This document shows positions 30,965 through 41,578 of a DNA stretch of 52,004 bases, one piece after another (the stretch's first letter is position 1; each line of letters starts with the position of its first letter). The notes beneath the pieces were generated by a model. The model saw only the letters and a list, made by a program, of their open reading frames with translations. It ran no database searches and was not told the DNA's origin. The position numbers and the translations under genes are program-made. Source of the stretch: Candidatus Peregrinibacteria bacterium (GTDB lineage: Bacteria > Patescibacteriota > Gracilibacteria > Peribacterales > Peribacteraceae); NCBI GenBank assembly GCA_037143575.1, contig JBAWYM010000003.1, positions 1 through 52,004 on the forward strand, read 5' to 3'.

Positions 30965-31600
30965 CTATCCGATACTCCGCACAAATCCTTCGACAATGCG
31001 CAGTCCTTCCTTCCCGCTCTTTTCGGGATGGAACTGACAACCAAGGATGTTTCCGCTTCTGATAGCAGACGAAAACCGCACCCCGCCATACGTCGTCTCC
31101 GCAAGAACGTGGGCCCGCATCTGTGGTCGGAGAATGTAGGAGTGGATAAAATACATTTCGGTGCCGGGAGTTATTCCTACGAATGCCGTACCGTCCCACT
31201 GCCCTTTGTCCGGAAGATCAATGGCATTCCAACCCATATGCGGTATTTTTACCTTTTCTTGCAGAGCCGGAAAATGAACGACCTCTCCCGGAATGATCCC
31301 AAGCCCCGGCCACTCCCCGAATTCCCATCCCTTTTCCAGCAAGAGTTGCGCACCGAGGCAGATCCCAAGAATAGGCTTCCCTCCTTTCGCCGCTCGCAGC
31401 ACCTCGGGAAGCAGATCACGCTTCTCCAATCCCTCCATTCCGGCCTGGAATGCGCCCTGCCCGGGCAATACCAATGCCGAGGCCGTCCGAAGGACTGCCG
31501 GGTCTTCGCTCATGACGACATCCTGAGAGAACAAACGCATCGCCTTCATAATGCTGTACATGTTGCCAACCCCGTAATCGACAATGCAGATTCGCGTCAT
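30965..31600 (-). CDS. HisH-like glutamine amidotransferase (glycan-modification paralog)
   Basis: DYGVGN, LPGQGAF, GICLGAQLL, PHMGWN, QFHPEKSG. Confidence 0.93.
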   Translation of the reverse strand: MTRICIVDYGVGNMYSIMKAMRLFSQDVVMSEDPAVLRTASALVLPGQGAFQAGMEGLEKRDLLPEVLRAAKGGKPILGICLGAQLLLEKGWEFGEWPGLGIIPGEVVHFPALQEKVKIPHMGWNAIDLPDKGQWDGTAFVGITPGTEMYFIHSYILRPQMRAHVLAETTYGGVRFSSAIRSGNILGCQFHPEKSGKEGLRIVEGFVRSIG

Positions 31601-31603
31601 ACA

Positions 31604-32362
31604 TCAGGAGGAACGAATGGGAAGACCACAACGTGATAGCTCTCGCTTGAGTGGGCCAATCGAGCATTCGTCATAATGCAGTATAGTGGCGAGCGCGACG
31701 GCATCGGCGCCGGTTTCTATCGCGGCAAACAGCGATGCGGAATCCCGTGCTCCGCCATGTGCGATCACCGGGACGGTCGAAATTGCTGTAACAGCGCGGA
31801 TGAGATCGAGAGCATACCCCATTCGCGTTCCGTCACTATCGACTGATGTGAGAAGGATTTCCCCGATTCCAAGATCAAGAGCTTCCCGTACCCAGTCGAT
31901 GACGTTCCTTCCCGAGTGTTCGCGGCCCCCCTCCGTGTACGCCTCCCACCATCCTTCCGGTGTGCGCTTGGCTTCTACGGACAGAACAATACACTGAGAT
32001 CCAAATTGTCGGACAGCTTCCGCAATCAAAGGAGGATTGCGAATGGCATATGTATTGATGGCAATTTTGTCCGCTCCTGCACGGAGAAGGTTCGTAATAT
32101 CGTGAAGGGATTGTATCCCCCCTCCCATGGTGAGAGGAATGAAGAGCTCATCTGCCACTGTCCGCATGAGAGCGAAATCCGGACTCCGACCGTACAGACT
32201 TGCAACGGTATCCATGATGATCATCTCATCTGCACCCTGTTCGAAGTATTTCCTCGCCATATCTTGCGGCCTTCCGACAACACGCAAGCCTTCCATATGA
32301 ATACCTTTGACAATACTCGATCCCTTCACATCAAGCCGCGGGATAATGCGTATCTTCAGCAT
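31604..32362 (-). CDS. HisF-like cyclase (glycan-modification paralog)
   Basis: RIIPRLDVKG, VKGIHMEGLR, ASLYGR, LTSVDSDGT, VIAHGGA. Confidence 0.93.
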   Translation of the reverse strand: MLKIRIIPRLDVKGSSIVKGIHMEGLRVVGRPQDMARKYFEQGADEMIIMDTVASLYGRSPDFALMRTVADELFIPLTMGGGIQSLHDITNLLRAGADKIAINTYAIRNPPLIAEAVRQFGSQCIVLSVEAKRTPEGWWEAYTEGGREHSGRNVIDWVREALDLGIGEILLTSVDSDGTRMGYALDLIRAVTAISTVPVIAHGGARDSASLFAAIETGADAVALATILHYDECSIGPLKRELSRCGLPIRSS

Positions 32363-32373
32363 ATTCTGAATAG

Positions 32374-33084
32374 CTACTCTTTATGAGCGGCCTTCTCCTC
32401 CCCTTGATTCTCCAGAGGAAGTGGCTCAATGAAAATCACACCACGATTCCAACCTGTTGCTCGAGTGTTATACCAATACTTCCACTGTTGTTTCCCAAAA
32501 GCCTCATCGAGTGCCGGAGTCACATACGCAAGATCCAGCGGTTGCCCGAGATAAGAATCAAAGCCGAAATCTGAATGGGGAACAAAAAAATCATGAATAA
32601 CGATGATACATTTTCGTATCCCCGATTTTCTAATTTCCTGTATTTCATCAAGTATCGGCCAATAGTCATACCAATGAGCATCAAGAAAGAACAAGACGGG
32701 AGAAGTGATCTTTGGAATGAGTTCACGGAGAGCATTCGGTGAATTGTCGATATGCAGTTGAATATTCGAAAATTTCCGAAAGCTCTGTCGGGCCTTTGTC
32801 GCAAATTTTTCTTGTATTTCAATGGTGTGGACACTCGGGATCCTGCGTGCCAACCACCGTGTAGTTTGGCCAAGATATGTTCCTGTTTCCACCGCGGTCT
32901 GAATCCCCTGTTCGCGAATCAGCGCATCCATCCTCCTTGCCAGAAACCAATCTCCATTGAACGCAGGATGGATATTTTTGAATATCCATCGTCCGATTTT
33001 CAGCGCTCTCCGCTGCACTCTCCAGATGATATGATTCAGGAAACGCATATGGCATACGTACAATAGAGCATTTTTCGTGAACAT
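32374..33084 (-). CDS. Putative methyltransferase-like protein
   Basis: VETGTYLGQT, VLFFLDAHW, IVIHDF; AT-rich. Confidence 0.7.
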   Translation of the reverse strand: MFTKNALLYVCHMRFLNHIIWRVQRRALKIGRWIFKNIHPAFNGDWFLARRMDALIREQGIQTAVETGTYLGQTTRWLARRIPSVHTIEIQEKFATKARQSFRKFSNIQLHIDNSPNALRELIPKITSPVLFFLDAHWYDYWPILDEIQEIRKSGIRKCIIVIHDFFVPHSDFGFDSYLGQPLDLAYVTPALDEAFGKQQWKYWYNTRATGWNRGVIFIEPLPLENQGEEKAAHKE

Positions 33085-33148
33085 TCACGAACATGAAACA
33101 TGTTTTCGATTATGTATTTTCTTGACTCATTCCCGCATTACGCATTGA

Positions 33149-34759
33149 ATGCCGGCCATGAATATTCCAGAAAAGTTTTTAGAGGCGAATAGGGCTTTTT
33201 GGTTGAAGTATGCTTCAATGCCCAGTCGTCATCTATTACTATTGGAAGAATCGAAGCTGGGTGCACTCGCACACGTGCATGGAGTATGTTGCGTGTTACT
33301 GCATCAGTCACGTGGTTTGACCCCTTGCTGCCTTGGTTCCGACAAAGACGCAGATTTTTATCGTTCCTTTGTTCCTGTGGCGCAATCGAAAACTATTTCT
33401 CCTATCACAAAAGTATTCCGCATATACCTGATTATTACCTCAGCCTTCAAATTCCTCCATCTGTGGTGGACCGGAAACATTCTTGGCTTCTCCTACGATG
33501 GAATTCGATATGGTGATCTCATCTATGATGAATATCTCGCACGATTCCAGGTTGCGACTATTCGTAGGATTGATTTCGGATTATTCAGAATCATTCGCGA
33601 TCTGTTGGTGCGACACCAAAAAATATATCGAACACTCAGAAGCGATTCCTTCGAAGCAGCTCTCGTGTCTCATCAGGTCGGAATCCGATCAGGAGTCATC
33701 CTCCGGGTTGCCTTGAAGTATGGTTACCATGTCTATCTTTGCAATAGCCTCCAAGATTTCTCTCTCATTGAAATGAGGAGTACTGAAGATGCCTACAACA
33801 GCCCCTATGCTCCGACAAGAGCTGATATCAACACGATTCTTAGGGTATTCGATGACGAAAAAATGGGCAAAGCTTTTCGCTACGAATTCGACAGACAAGT
33901 AACGGGCAAGGGAAATATCAATGCCGCGTATGCGTATTCTTCAAAAAATAAATTATATGCGAATCGTGAGGAGTTCTCCAAAGATTTCGGTCTCGATTGC
34001 ACCAAGAAAAATATATTCATCATGCTCCATGCAATGACAGACTTTCCGCACTCACATTTCCGAAGCCGCATGCTTTTCAGAGACTATTACGATTGGTTCT
34101 ATCGGACATTAATTTACGCAAAAACTGATACTTCCGTAAATTGGATCTTTAAACAGCACCCTTCTATCGCATATTACCCAACAAAAGATGTGGATTTTGA
34201 TGCCCTCTTTGAAGAGGTTCCACCCAATGTGGTCTTCATTTCAGGCGATCACCAAATCGATACACGCAGCCTCTCTTCTTGCGCAGACTGCATTATCACA
34301 TGCCTCGGATCTGCAGGATTCGAACTTCCGGCTATGGCTGGTATCCCTTCCATCGTCGCAGGCGAATCCGAATATTCCGGCTACGGATTTACGCTTGAGC
34401 CGAAATCAATCCCTGATTATTTCCGCCTTCTCTCCACGCTTCACAAATTACCATCACTCACGCAGGAACAAGGGCGCAGAGCCCAGGCAATGTATCTCTA
34501 TACTCATAAACTCTGCCTTGGGACTCTTTCTTGCTGCAAAAACCTCTCTCTCCATGAGCAAAAATCCGGACAGTCGGATCCATTCTGGAACGCCATTCTG
34601 GAATTGTATGAACGGAAAAAAGATACGATATATTCGGAGATGCGGGAGTATATCTCTCAGCTCTCTCTCGATGCTTGTACGAAGCTTCCTCCGTTCGATA
34701 TCTCTCTCCACAAGTTCATGTCTGAGATTCATTCCACGGCTCCAGAACTTCACACGTAA
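33149..34759 (+). CDS. Putative GT-B glycosyltransferase (capsule-biosynthesis/nonulosonate-transferase-like)
   Basis: 536 aa; [31 protein letters not shown] resemble the KpsS/sialyltransferase-like C-terminal fold. Confidence 0.6.
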   Translation: MPAMNIPEKFLEANRAFWLKYASMPSRHLLLLEESKLGALAHVHGVCCVLLHQSRGLTPCCLGSDKDADFYRSFVPVAQSKTISPITKVFRIYLIITSAFKFLHLWWTGNILGFSYDGIRYGDLIYDEYLARFQVATIRRIDFGLFRIIRDLLVRHQKIYRTLRSDSFEAALVSHQVGIRSGVILRVALKYGYHVYLCNSLQDFSLIEMRSTEDAYNSPYAPTRADINTILRVFDDEKMGKAFRYEFDRQVTGKGNINAAYAYSSKNKLYANREEFSKDFGLDCTKKNIFIMLHAMTDFPHSHFRSRMLFRDYYDWFYRTLIYAKTDTSVNWIFKQHPSIAYYPTKDVDFDALFEEVPPNVVFISGDHQIDTRSLSSCADCIITCLGSAGFELPAMAGIPSIVAGESEYSGYGFTLEPKSIPDYFRLLSTLHKLPSLTQEQGRRAQAMYLYTHKLCLGTLSCCKNLSLHEQKSGQSDPFWNAILELYERKKDTIYSEMREYISQLSLDACTKLPPFDISLHKFMSEIHSTAPELHT

Positions 34760-34797
34760 TCAATCCGCTCTTCACTTCGGATAGAGTATGCTGCATT

Positions 34798-35760
34798 GTG
34801 GATATGCATGAAATACGCGTTCTCCTCACCGGCGGCCACGGCTTTCTCGGCGAAAATGTACAGAAGACGCTCCGTTCCCACGGCTTCAAAGGCATCATCA
34901 CACCGTCGCATCAGGACTTTGATCTACGAGATGGAGAGGCGGTGAGAGCAATGTTTCTGAAAACCAAACCCACGATCGTCATTCACCTCGCCGCCTCCGT
35001 CGGTGGGATCCGTGCCAATCAGGAACATCCGGGGGATTTCTTCTACGACAATCTGATGATGGGTATGCAGACGATGCACGAAGCGTACAAAGCAGGAGTG
35101 GAAAAATTCGTCGCCATCGGGACGATCTGCGCCTATCCGAAGATGACACCAGTCCCGTTCAGGGAGAAAGATCTGTGGAATGGTTACCCGGAAGAAACCA
35201 ACGCACCCTACGGACTTGCCAAGAAAATGCTCCTCGTCCAGGCTCAAGCGTACCGACAGCAATACGGCTTTAATGCGATCTACCTCCTCCCGGTAAATCT
35301 CTACGGTCCGGAGGACAACTTCGACCCTGTGAGCGCCCACGTCATCCCGGCGATGATCTACAAGATGACCGAGGCGAAGGAGCACAAAGAAGAAGAAGTG
35401 ATTCTGTGGGGGGATGGATCGCCGTCCCGGGAATTCCTCTACGTCTCTGATGCGGCGGAAGCGATCGTCCTCGCGACGGAGAAATACGACGGACCGGAGC
35501 CGGTGAACATCGGCACGGGCAAGGAAATCACCATTCATGATCTCGCATCCCTCATCGCAGAGAAAGTGGGATTCACCGGGAAGATTACGTGGGACCCCTC
35601 CAAGCCCAATGGTCAGCCCCGTCGCTGCCTCGATGTCTCACAGGCAAAGAGGCTCTTTGCGTTCACGGCACAGACGGAGCTCTCCGAAGGGCTCGACCAC
35701 ACAATCGCGTGGTACCGGGAAGCGAGTAAGTGGGTCGGGAATAAGGGAATATGCGAGTAA
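34798..35760 (+). CDS. fcl: GDP-L-fucose synthase
   Basis: [61 protein letters not shown]. Confidence 0.95.
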   Translation: MDMHEIRVLLTGGHGFLGENVQKTLRSHGFKGIITPSHQDFDLRDGEAVRAMFLKTKPTIVIHLAASVGGIRANQEHPGDFFYDNLMMGMQTMHEAYKAGVEKFVAIGTICAYPKMTPVPFREKDLWNGYPEETNAPYGLAKKMLLVQAQAYRQQYGFNAIYLLPVNLYGPEDNFDPVSAHVIPAMIYKMTEAKEHKEEEVILWGDGSPSREFLYVSDAAEAIVLATEKYDGPEPVNIGTGKEITIHDLASLIAEKVGFTGKITWDPSKPNGQPRRCLDVSQAKRLFAFTAQTELSEGLDHTIAWYREASKWVGNKGICE

Positions 35761-35923
35761 CCGGAAACCTTTCAGGCCCTTGTCCGGCGAAACCCCGCGG
35801 GCGTAGTCGGATCTCTAACCTCTTTCCTTTCCTCTCCAACCTCATGCGGGTAGTCCTTCGACCCCGCTCAGGGCAGGCAACCCGCGCTCAGGAAAAAAGA
35901 ATTACCCCGCGCCTATCAAAAGA

Positions 35924-36766
35924 ATGTTCACTATTGCAACTCTCCCCAAGCCCTTCATCGGGCACATCGGCATCATTCAGCGCAATGCCATCGGTTCGTG
36001 GCTGCAGCTCCGTCCGAAGCCGCAGATTATCCTCTTTGGGAATGAGGAAGGAACCGCGGAAATCGCAGAAGAATTCCACCTCCAGCACATCCCGAATCTT
36101 GAGGAAAATGCGTTTGGTATGCCCTACCTCTCCGATGCGATCCGACAGGCGGAAGCAGCGACGGAGGACGAGTTCCTGTGTTTCACCAATTGCGACATCC
36201 TCCTCTTCCCCACCATTGCCAATGCTTTCAGCCGGGTCCGTCAGCACTTCGAACAATTTCTCCTCGTAGGAGAGTGTATGAATCTGGATGTGCGTACGAC
36301 GATCGATTTTTCTGCCCCGCAGTGGCAGAACCGCATCGAACAGGAAGCCCGGTCGCACGGGAAGCACCGCGGGGTCAACGCCGACTACTTCTTCTTCCGG
36401 CGCGGCATGTACCGCGACATCCCTCCCCTCATCCACGGAAGGGCCTTCTACGATAACTGGATCCTCTATGAAGCCCGTCGTTTGCACCTGCCGGTAGTCG
36501 ATATCACGCCCATCGCGCGGGCGATCCACCAAAATCATTTCTACGGACATGTTCCAGGTGAAACACTCCAGTCACACAAGGGAGTGGAGGCTCACGAAAA
36601 TCTCCGCATCCTCGGAGGGTACGATCACGCGTACTGGATCTCGGACGCGACGCACTGGCTGACCGCACACGGCTTGAGGCGAAACTGGCTGGGAACGCTG
36701 CTTCTGCGACAACGGTGGAAGGGACTTCGGAGATGGATGGGGAGGATGATGAAAGTTGTTAGTTGA
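35924..36766 (+). CDS. Putative glycosyltransferase-like protein
   Basis: PKPF..IQRNAIGSW, FTNCDILL, DYFFF, YDNWI, AIHQNH; lies inside the glycan cluster. Confidence 0.65.
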   Translation: MFTIATLPKPFIGHIGIIQRNAIGSWLQLRPKPQIILFGNEEGTAEIAEEFHLQHIPNLEENAFGMPYLSDAIRQAEAATEDEFLCFTNCDILLFPTIANAFSRVRQHFEQFLLVGECMNLDVRTTIDFSAPQWQNRIEQEARSHGKHRGVNADYFFFRRGMYRDIPPLIHGRAFYDNWILYEARRLHLPVVDITPIARAIHQNHFYGHVPGETLQSHKGVEAHENLRILGGYDHAYWISDATHWLTAHGLRRNWLGTLLLRQRWKGLRRWMGRMMKVVS

Positions 36767-36836
36767 TAGTTATTTAGTTATTAGTTTGGCTTCGATAAGC
36801 AAAAAACTAATAACCAAAAACTAATAACCAAAAACT
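36756..36836. repeat. TAGTTAT/AACTAAT heptamer inverted arms
   Basis: ttgttagttgatagttatttagttattagttt ... aactaataaccaaaaactaataaccaaaaact. Confidence 0.85.
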
Positions 36837-36884
36837 GCTTGTACATCTCACACTTCCTCGCCGCACCGTGTACCATACGACTGC

Positions 36885-37922
36885 ATGTCAACGAAACGCG
36901 CATTGATCACCGGCATCACCGGCCAGGACGGATCGTACCTCGCGGAATTACTCCTGCAGAAAGGATACACCGTCCACGGCATTATCCGGCGCGCTTCCAC
37001 CTTCAATACCGAGCGTATCGATCACCTGTACCGCGACCCGCATGAGGAAGGAGCCCGAATCCGGCTGCACTACGGAGATCTCAGCGACTCCAGCAACCTC
37101 GCACGGTTGATCGAGGAAATCCAGCCGCACGAGGTCTACCACCTCGGCGCGCAAAGCCACGTCCGCGTGAGCTTCGACATTCCCGAGTACACCGCGGATG
37201 TCACAGGGCTCGGGACCATCCGCCTCCTCGAGGCCATCCGCCGCTCCGGCATTCCCATCCGCTTTTACCAGGCAAGCAGCTCCGAAATGTTCGGGAAGGT
37301 GAGCGAAGTGCCGCAGCGGGAGACAACACCCTTCTATCCGCGCAGTCCCTACGGAGTCGCCAAGGTCTTCGCTTACTGGGCAACAGTGAACTACCGCGAG
37401 AGCTACAATCTCTTCGCCGTGAACGGTATCCTCTTCAACCACGAGTCACCGAGGCGCGGCGAAACCTTCGTCACCCGTAAGATCACGCGGGCCATCGCAG
37501 AGATCGCGAATGGAAAAGAGGAAGTACTGTACCTCGGGAATCTGGAGGCGAAGCGTGACTGGGGCTACGCACCGGAGTACGTAGAGGGAATGTGGCGAAT
37601 GTTGCAGCAGGACACCCCTGATGACTACGTTCTGGCAACCGGCAATACAACATCCGTACGTGAGTTCCTCGAGCTTGCTTTAAAATGCGCAAACATTCCA
37701 TTTGAAAAATCGGGATCGGGAAAAGATGAAATATACACACACACGAAAACAGGGAAAACTCTCGTCGCGATCGACCCACGCTATTACCGCCCCGCCGAAG
37801 TAGATCTCCTCATCGGCGACCCATCGAAGGCGGAGAAGAACCTTGACTGGAAAGCGATGACGACGCTCCCGGAACTGGTGAAGATCATGGTTGAAGCCGA
37901 TCGGAAAGCGCTCCATCGCTAA
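36885..37922 (+). CDS. gmd: GDP-mannose 4,6-dehydratase
   Basis: [60 protein letters not shown]. Confidence 0.98.
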   Translation: MSTKRALITGITGQDGSYLAELLLQKGYTVHGIIRRASTFNTERIDHLYRDPHEEGARIRLHYGDLSDSSNLARLIEEIQPHEVYHLGAQSHVRVSFDIPEYTADVTGLGTIRLLEAIRRSGIPIRFYQASSSEMFGKVSEVPQRETTPFYPRSPYGVAKVFAYWATVNYRESYNLFAVNGILFNHESPRRGETFVTRKITRAIAEIANGKEEVLYLGNLEAKRDWGYAPEYVEGMWRMLQQDTPDDYVLATGNTTSVREFLELALKCANIPFEKSGSGKDEIYTHTKTGKTLVAIDPRYYRPAEVDLLIGDPSKAEKNLDWKAMTTLPELVKIMVEADRKALHR

Positions 37923-37957
37923 CCTCCCTGCTCCCTATTTCCTTTTCCCTTCCCCCT

Positions 37958-39310
37958 GTGAAATCCTCCTACGTTCACCGGCAATCGAAGAGGAGATTCT
38001 TTCCGGCAGCCTCCATCCACCGGGAGCGGAAGCAGTGGGGCGAAGAGCACTGGATCGCCAACAAGGAATACTGTGGTAAGAAGCTGCTCCTGAGGAAGAA
38101 CCGCGTCTGTAGCATGCATTCTCACCGGGAGAAGGATGAAGTCTTCTACCTGCAATCCGGCAAAGTCCTGATGGAACTCGGCGGAGAGCGTTTCGTCCTG
38201 CAGCCGGGGGATTTCGTGCACGTGCCGACGAATACTCCGCACCGCTTCACGGGACTGGAGGCCAGTGAAATCTTCGAATTTTCGACGAACCACCGCGAAG
38301 ACGACAGTTACCGCAGCACCACCTCAGGGCACATTGAGCAGGAGCGCTTCGATCGTCAGTCGAAGCTCGTGGAGCGCTTCCGGAAAACGAAGGTCCTCGT
38401 CGTAGGTGATGTGATGCTCGATACCTACCTCTCCGGTTCGGTGGACCGGATCTCTCCCGAAGCCCCGATCCCCATCGTGCACTTCCAGAAGAAGACCTCC
38501 TTCCCAGGAGGCGCGGCGAATGCGGCACGAACGGTGGCCGCCCTCGGTGGACAGCCCACCCTTCTCGGAGTCCGCGGTGACGACACGCCGGGAAGAGAAC
38601 TGGAAACGCTCCTGAAGAAAGACGGGGTCCGTGTACGCCTCCTCGTCGATGCTCAGCGCGCGACCACGCAAAAACAGCGCATCGTCGCAGGGAATGCTCA
38701 CCAGATCGTCCGGCTCGATACTGAAGAGAACACCCCGCTGTCAGCACCCCAGGTCCGCTCACTTCTGCGTCATATCGAAACACTCCTGAAAACCCACGAT
38801 GCCCTCCTCCTCTCCGACTACGCCAAAGGCCTCTTTTCCCCAGCCGTACTGCGGTCCTGCATCGCCATTGCCCGACGCCAGAGGAAACCCGTTATTGTGG
38901 ACCCCAAGCCCATCGATGCCTCGTACCTCTCCTCTGTACAGGGAGTGACGCTGATCACCCCCAACCGCAAAGAAGCCCTCCTCCTCTCCGGACGGGGGAA
39001 TGGCACGCCCGAAACTATCGGAAAAATCCTGGCTACCAAGCTGAAGGCCGCTGTCCTGCTGACGCTCGGAGCGGAGGGAATGCTCCTCATTCAACCGGGC
39101 AAAGCTCTCTGCCGTCTCTCCGCCTGTGCAAGGGAAATCACCGACGTCTCGGGGGCAGGAGATACGGTCGCAGCCGTCATCACCATGGTCCTAGGACTGA
39201 AGGGAGACCTGGTAGATGCCGTGGATCTCGCCAATCGTGCGGCGGGAGTGGTGGTGGGAAAGGCGGGAACAGCGACGCTCACTCCGGCAGAACTTCTGGA
39301 AGTATTATGA
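37958..39310 (+). CDS. Fusion: cupin domain + heptose-7-phosphate kinase (HldE/RfaE domain I, PfkB)
   Basis: SMHSHREKDEVFY..PHRF cupin, then VVGDVMLD, RISPEAPIP, GGAANAA, SDYAKG, DVSGAGDTV. Confidence 0.9.
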   Translation: MKSSYVHRQSKRRFFPAASIHRERKQWGEEHWIANKEYCGKKLLLRKNRVCSMHSHREKDEVFYLQSGKVLMELGGERFVLQPGDFVHVPTNTPHRFTGLEASEIFEFSTNHREDDSYRSTTSGHIEQERFDRQSKLVERFRKTKVLVVGDVMLDTYLSGSVDRISPEAPIPIVHFQKKTSFPGGAANAARTVAALGGQPTLLGVRGDDTPGRELETLLKKDGVRVRLLVDAQRATTQKQRIVAGNAHQIVRLDTEENTPLSAPQVRSLLRHIETLLKTHDALLLSDYAKGLFSPAVLRSCIAIARRQRKPVIVDPKPIDASYLSSVQGVTLITPNRKEALLLSGRGNGTPETIGKILATKLKAAVLLTLGAEGMLLIQPGKALCRLSACAREITDVSGAGDTVAAVITMVLGLKGDLVDAVDLANRAAGVVVGKAGTATLTPAELLEVL

Positions 39311-40299
39311 AATTCCTCATCCTCGATTTCGACGGAACGCTCATCCCGGATAGTCAGGGAAAAGCCTACGATCCAGCATCCATGACGCTGCTCCCCGGTG
39401 TAGGAGAGGGCCTCCGGATACTTCGGAATGCGGGCATGCGCTTTTTCATCGTCTCAAACCAGTCCAAAATCGGACGGGGAACCTGCACGGAAGAAAATGT
39501 CCAATCTGCGCTCAATGAGTGCGCGCAGCTCCTCAAAAACGAAGGAGTCATGATCGAGGCATCGCGCTTCTGCCCGCACCATCCGGAGGACGATTGTGAC
39601 TGCCGCAAACCAAAGACCGGACTGTGGACGTCACTCTGCGAAGAACACCCAGAACTCACCGCTGATGAGACGATCATCATCGGGGACAAAGACTCCGATA
39701 TACGGTTTGGGGAAACGATCGGATGCCGCACAGCGCGCATTCCCTCTCAGCAGTATCCAAACCAAACCAACGCAGATTTTACCGGGCACAATCTGTCAGA
39801 GATCGCCGGTCAGATTCTCTCCGCAAAGGAAGAACTTTCCCAGTATTCCCTCACCACTGCCATCACATTCGCGGATCGCATGCATGCCGAGGGGAAAACA
39901 ATCGTCACGACCAACGGAGCGTTCGATCTCCTCCACGCGGGACACCGGTTCCTCCTCTCGGAGGCGCGGAAGAATGGAGATATCCTCATCGTCGGCATCA
40001 ACAGTGATGCGTCCGTACGGCGACGCAAGGGAGAGGGCCGACCCATCGAACCCCAGAATATTCGTGCGCGGAACGTCGCACGCCTCGCAGACTGCGTCTT
40101 CATCTTCGATGATGATGATCCGCGTCCGTGGCTTTCGCAGATTCGACCCCAGATACACGTCAACGCCGCAACGTACGGCGAACAATGTGTTGAACGATCC
40201 GTGCTCGATACCATCGGAGCCACACTCGTCCTCGTGGAAGTGAAGCCGGAGCTCGGCTCCACCACGGCAATCCTTTCGAAGATTCACCCTTCTGAATAA
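39307..40299 (+). CDS. Fusion: GmhB-like HAD phosphatase + heptose-1-P nucleotidyltransferase (HldE/RfaE domain II)
   Basis: LDFDGTL, VSNQS, CPHHPEDDCDCRKP, IGDKDSD, then TNGAFDLLHAGH, GINSDASVRRRKG..RP, GSTT. Confidence 0.9.
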   Translation: MKFLILDFDGTLIPDSQGKAYDPASMTLLPGVGEGLRILRNAGMRFFIVSNQSKIGRGTCTEENVQSALNECAQLLKNEGVMIEASRFCPHHPEDDCDCRKPKTGLWTSLCEEHPELTADETIIIGDKDSDIRFGETIGCRTARIPSQQYPNQTNADFTGHNLSEIAGQILSAKEELSQYSLTTAITFADRMHAEGKTIVTTNGAFDLLHAGHRFLLSEARKNGDILIVGINSDASVRRRKGEGRPIEPQNIRARNVARLADCVFIFDDDDPRPWLSQIRPQIHVNAATYGEQCVERSVLDTIGATLVLVEVKPELGSTTAILSKIHPSE

Positions 40300-40302
40300 C
40301 CC

Positions 40303-41430
40303 ATGATCCGGGCATTCCTCCTCGGCACACTCACTACCCTCAGCCTCCCCTGGCTCCTCCTCATTGCGTGGATGCGCTCACTCTTTCCGTCAATACAACG
40401 CAATGTCCTCATTATTCAGGCTGCCAAAATCGGGGACCTCGTCTGCATGACGCCGCTCTTCCGGGCTCTCCATGAACATGGAGATCGCGTAACGGTTCTC
40501 TGCCTCAAGCGCACTGCAGACGTGCTCATCGATAATCCCTGTGTTGCTGCGGTAATCCCTATCGATGATCCAGAGTACCGGGGATGGAGAGGATCACTAC
40601 GTCTGTGGTACACGCTCTTCTTCGGTCAATTCTCTGTAAGTCTCGTACCCTTTCCTGGGTCTTCTTTGAGCATGGTAGGTCTGTGGTCAGCCTCTCCCCT
40701 CAGGATCTACACTCGAGGACGAATGATGAGTCGGATGGAACGATGGTTCCGTTCCTGCTACACAGAACACCTGCACTACCAACGGCACACACGGACTTTC
40801 ACGCACTACATGGCACTTGCACGACTCATCGGAGCTGCACCTGTGCTCTACCGTCATGAATGGTATGTGAGTCAGGAGGAAGAAGCCTTTGCCGCGCATT
40901 GGATCAAGCAGCAGAGCTTTGCGCCTGATCAGAAATTTGCCGCGATTGCCCTCCGCGCCGGCAATGCGCTCAAAGAATGGCCGATTGAACGTTTCGTTGC
41001 TGTCGCACGGCACATCATCAGTCACTATTCCCTCTCTGTGCTATTCATCGATACGAATCAAACGATCACCGCGAAGGCCATAGCCCTCCTCGCAGACCCT
41101 TCGCATTCCGCGCAAGCCTTCGACCTTTCCCTGCGCCATCTCGCAGCGATCATCAAACATGCCTCGCTCTTCGTTTCGGTGGATACGGGGCCTCTCTACA
41201 TCGCCCATGCACTTGGAGTGCCGGTCGTGGATATCATCGGCCCCGTAGATTCGATAGAACAACCACCTATCCCGGATGAACGCGTAGCTCTCGTCCTGCC
41301 GCCTCCGCCTTGCGCCCCGAGCTCCTTCGTCGCTGATACACTCCGCACCTCTACCCCGGAACAACAGGCTGCCCTGGAAAGCACGACTGTGGAAATGGTA
41401 ACGGAGGCGATCGATGGAATCCTCGGCTGA
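40303..41430 (+). CDS. Glycosyltransferase family 9 (heptosyltransferase-like)
   Basis: KIGDLVCMTPLFRAL, KEWPIERF, VSVDTGPLYIAHALGVP. Confidence 0.9.
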   Translation: MIRAFLLGTLTTLSLPWLLLIAWMRSLFPSIQRNVLIIQAAKIGDLVCMTPLFRALHEHGDRVTVLCLKRTADVLIDNPCVAAVIPIDDPEYRGWRGSLRLWYTLFFGQFSVSLVPFPGSSLSMVGLWSASPLRIYTRGRMMSRMERWFRSCYTEHLHYQRHTRTFTHYMALARLIGAAPVLYRHEWYVSQEEEAFAAHWIKQQSFAPDQKFAAIALRAGNALKEWPIERFVAVARHIISHYSLSVLFIDTNQTITAKAIALLADPSHSAQAFDLSLRHLAAIIKHASLFVSVDTGPLYIAHALGVPVVDIIGPVDSIEQPPIPDERVALVLPPPPCAPSSFVADTLRTSTPEQQAALESTTVEMVTEAIDGILG

Positions 41431-41578
41431 TCCCCGAATTCTCGTATCGTTTCTACGAAATCAAGAGGATCATCCCATGATTGACGGATGGGTAGTGGAT
41501 TTCCAGCATTCATACCAAATGACAAACGAAAGGATACGAATAGCGAGGGAGCGAATCGCTCTGCAGAAAGCAGGGATT

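Noticed and set aside
30965-32362. hisH/hisF as histidine biosynthesis genes
   Set aside because: They sit next to an N-acetyl sugar amidotransferase in a glycan cluster with no other his genes.
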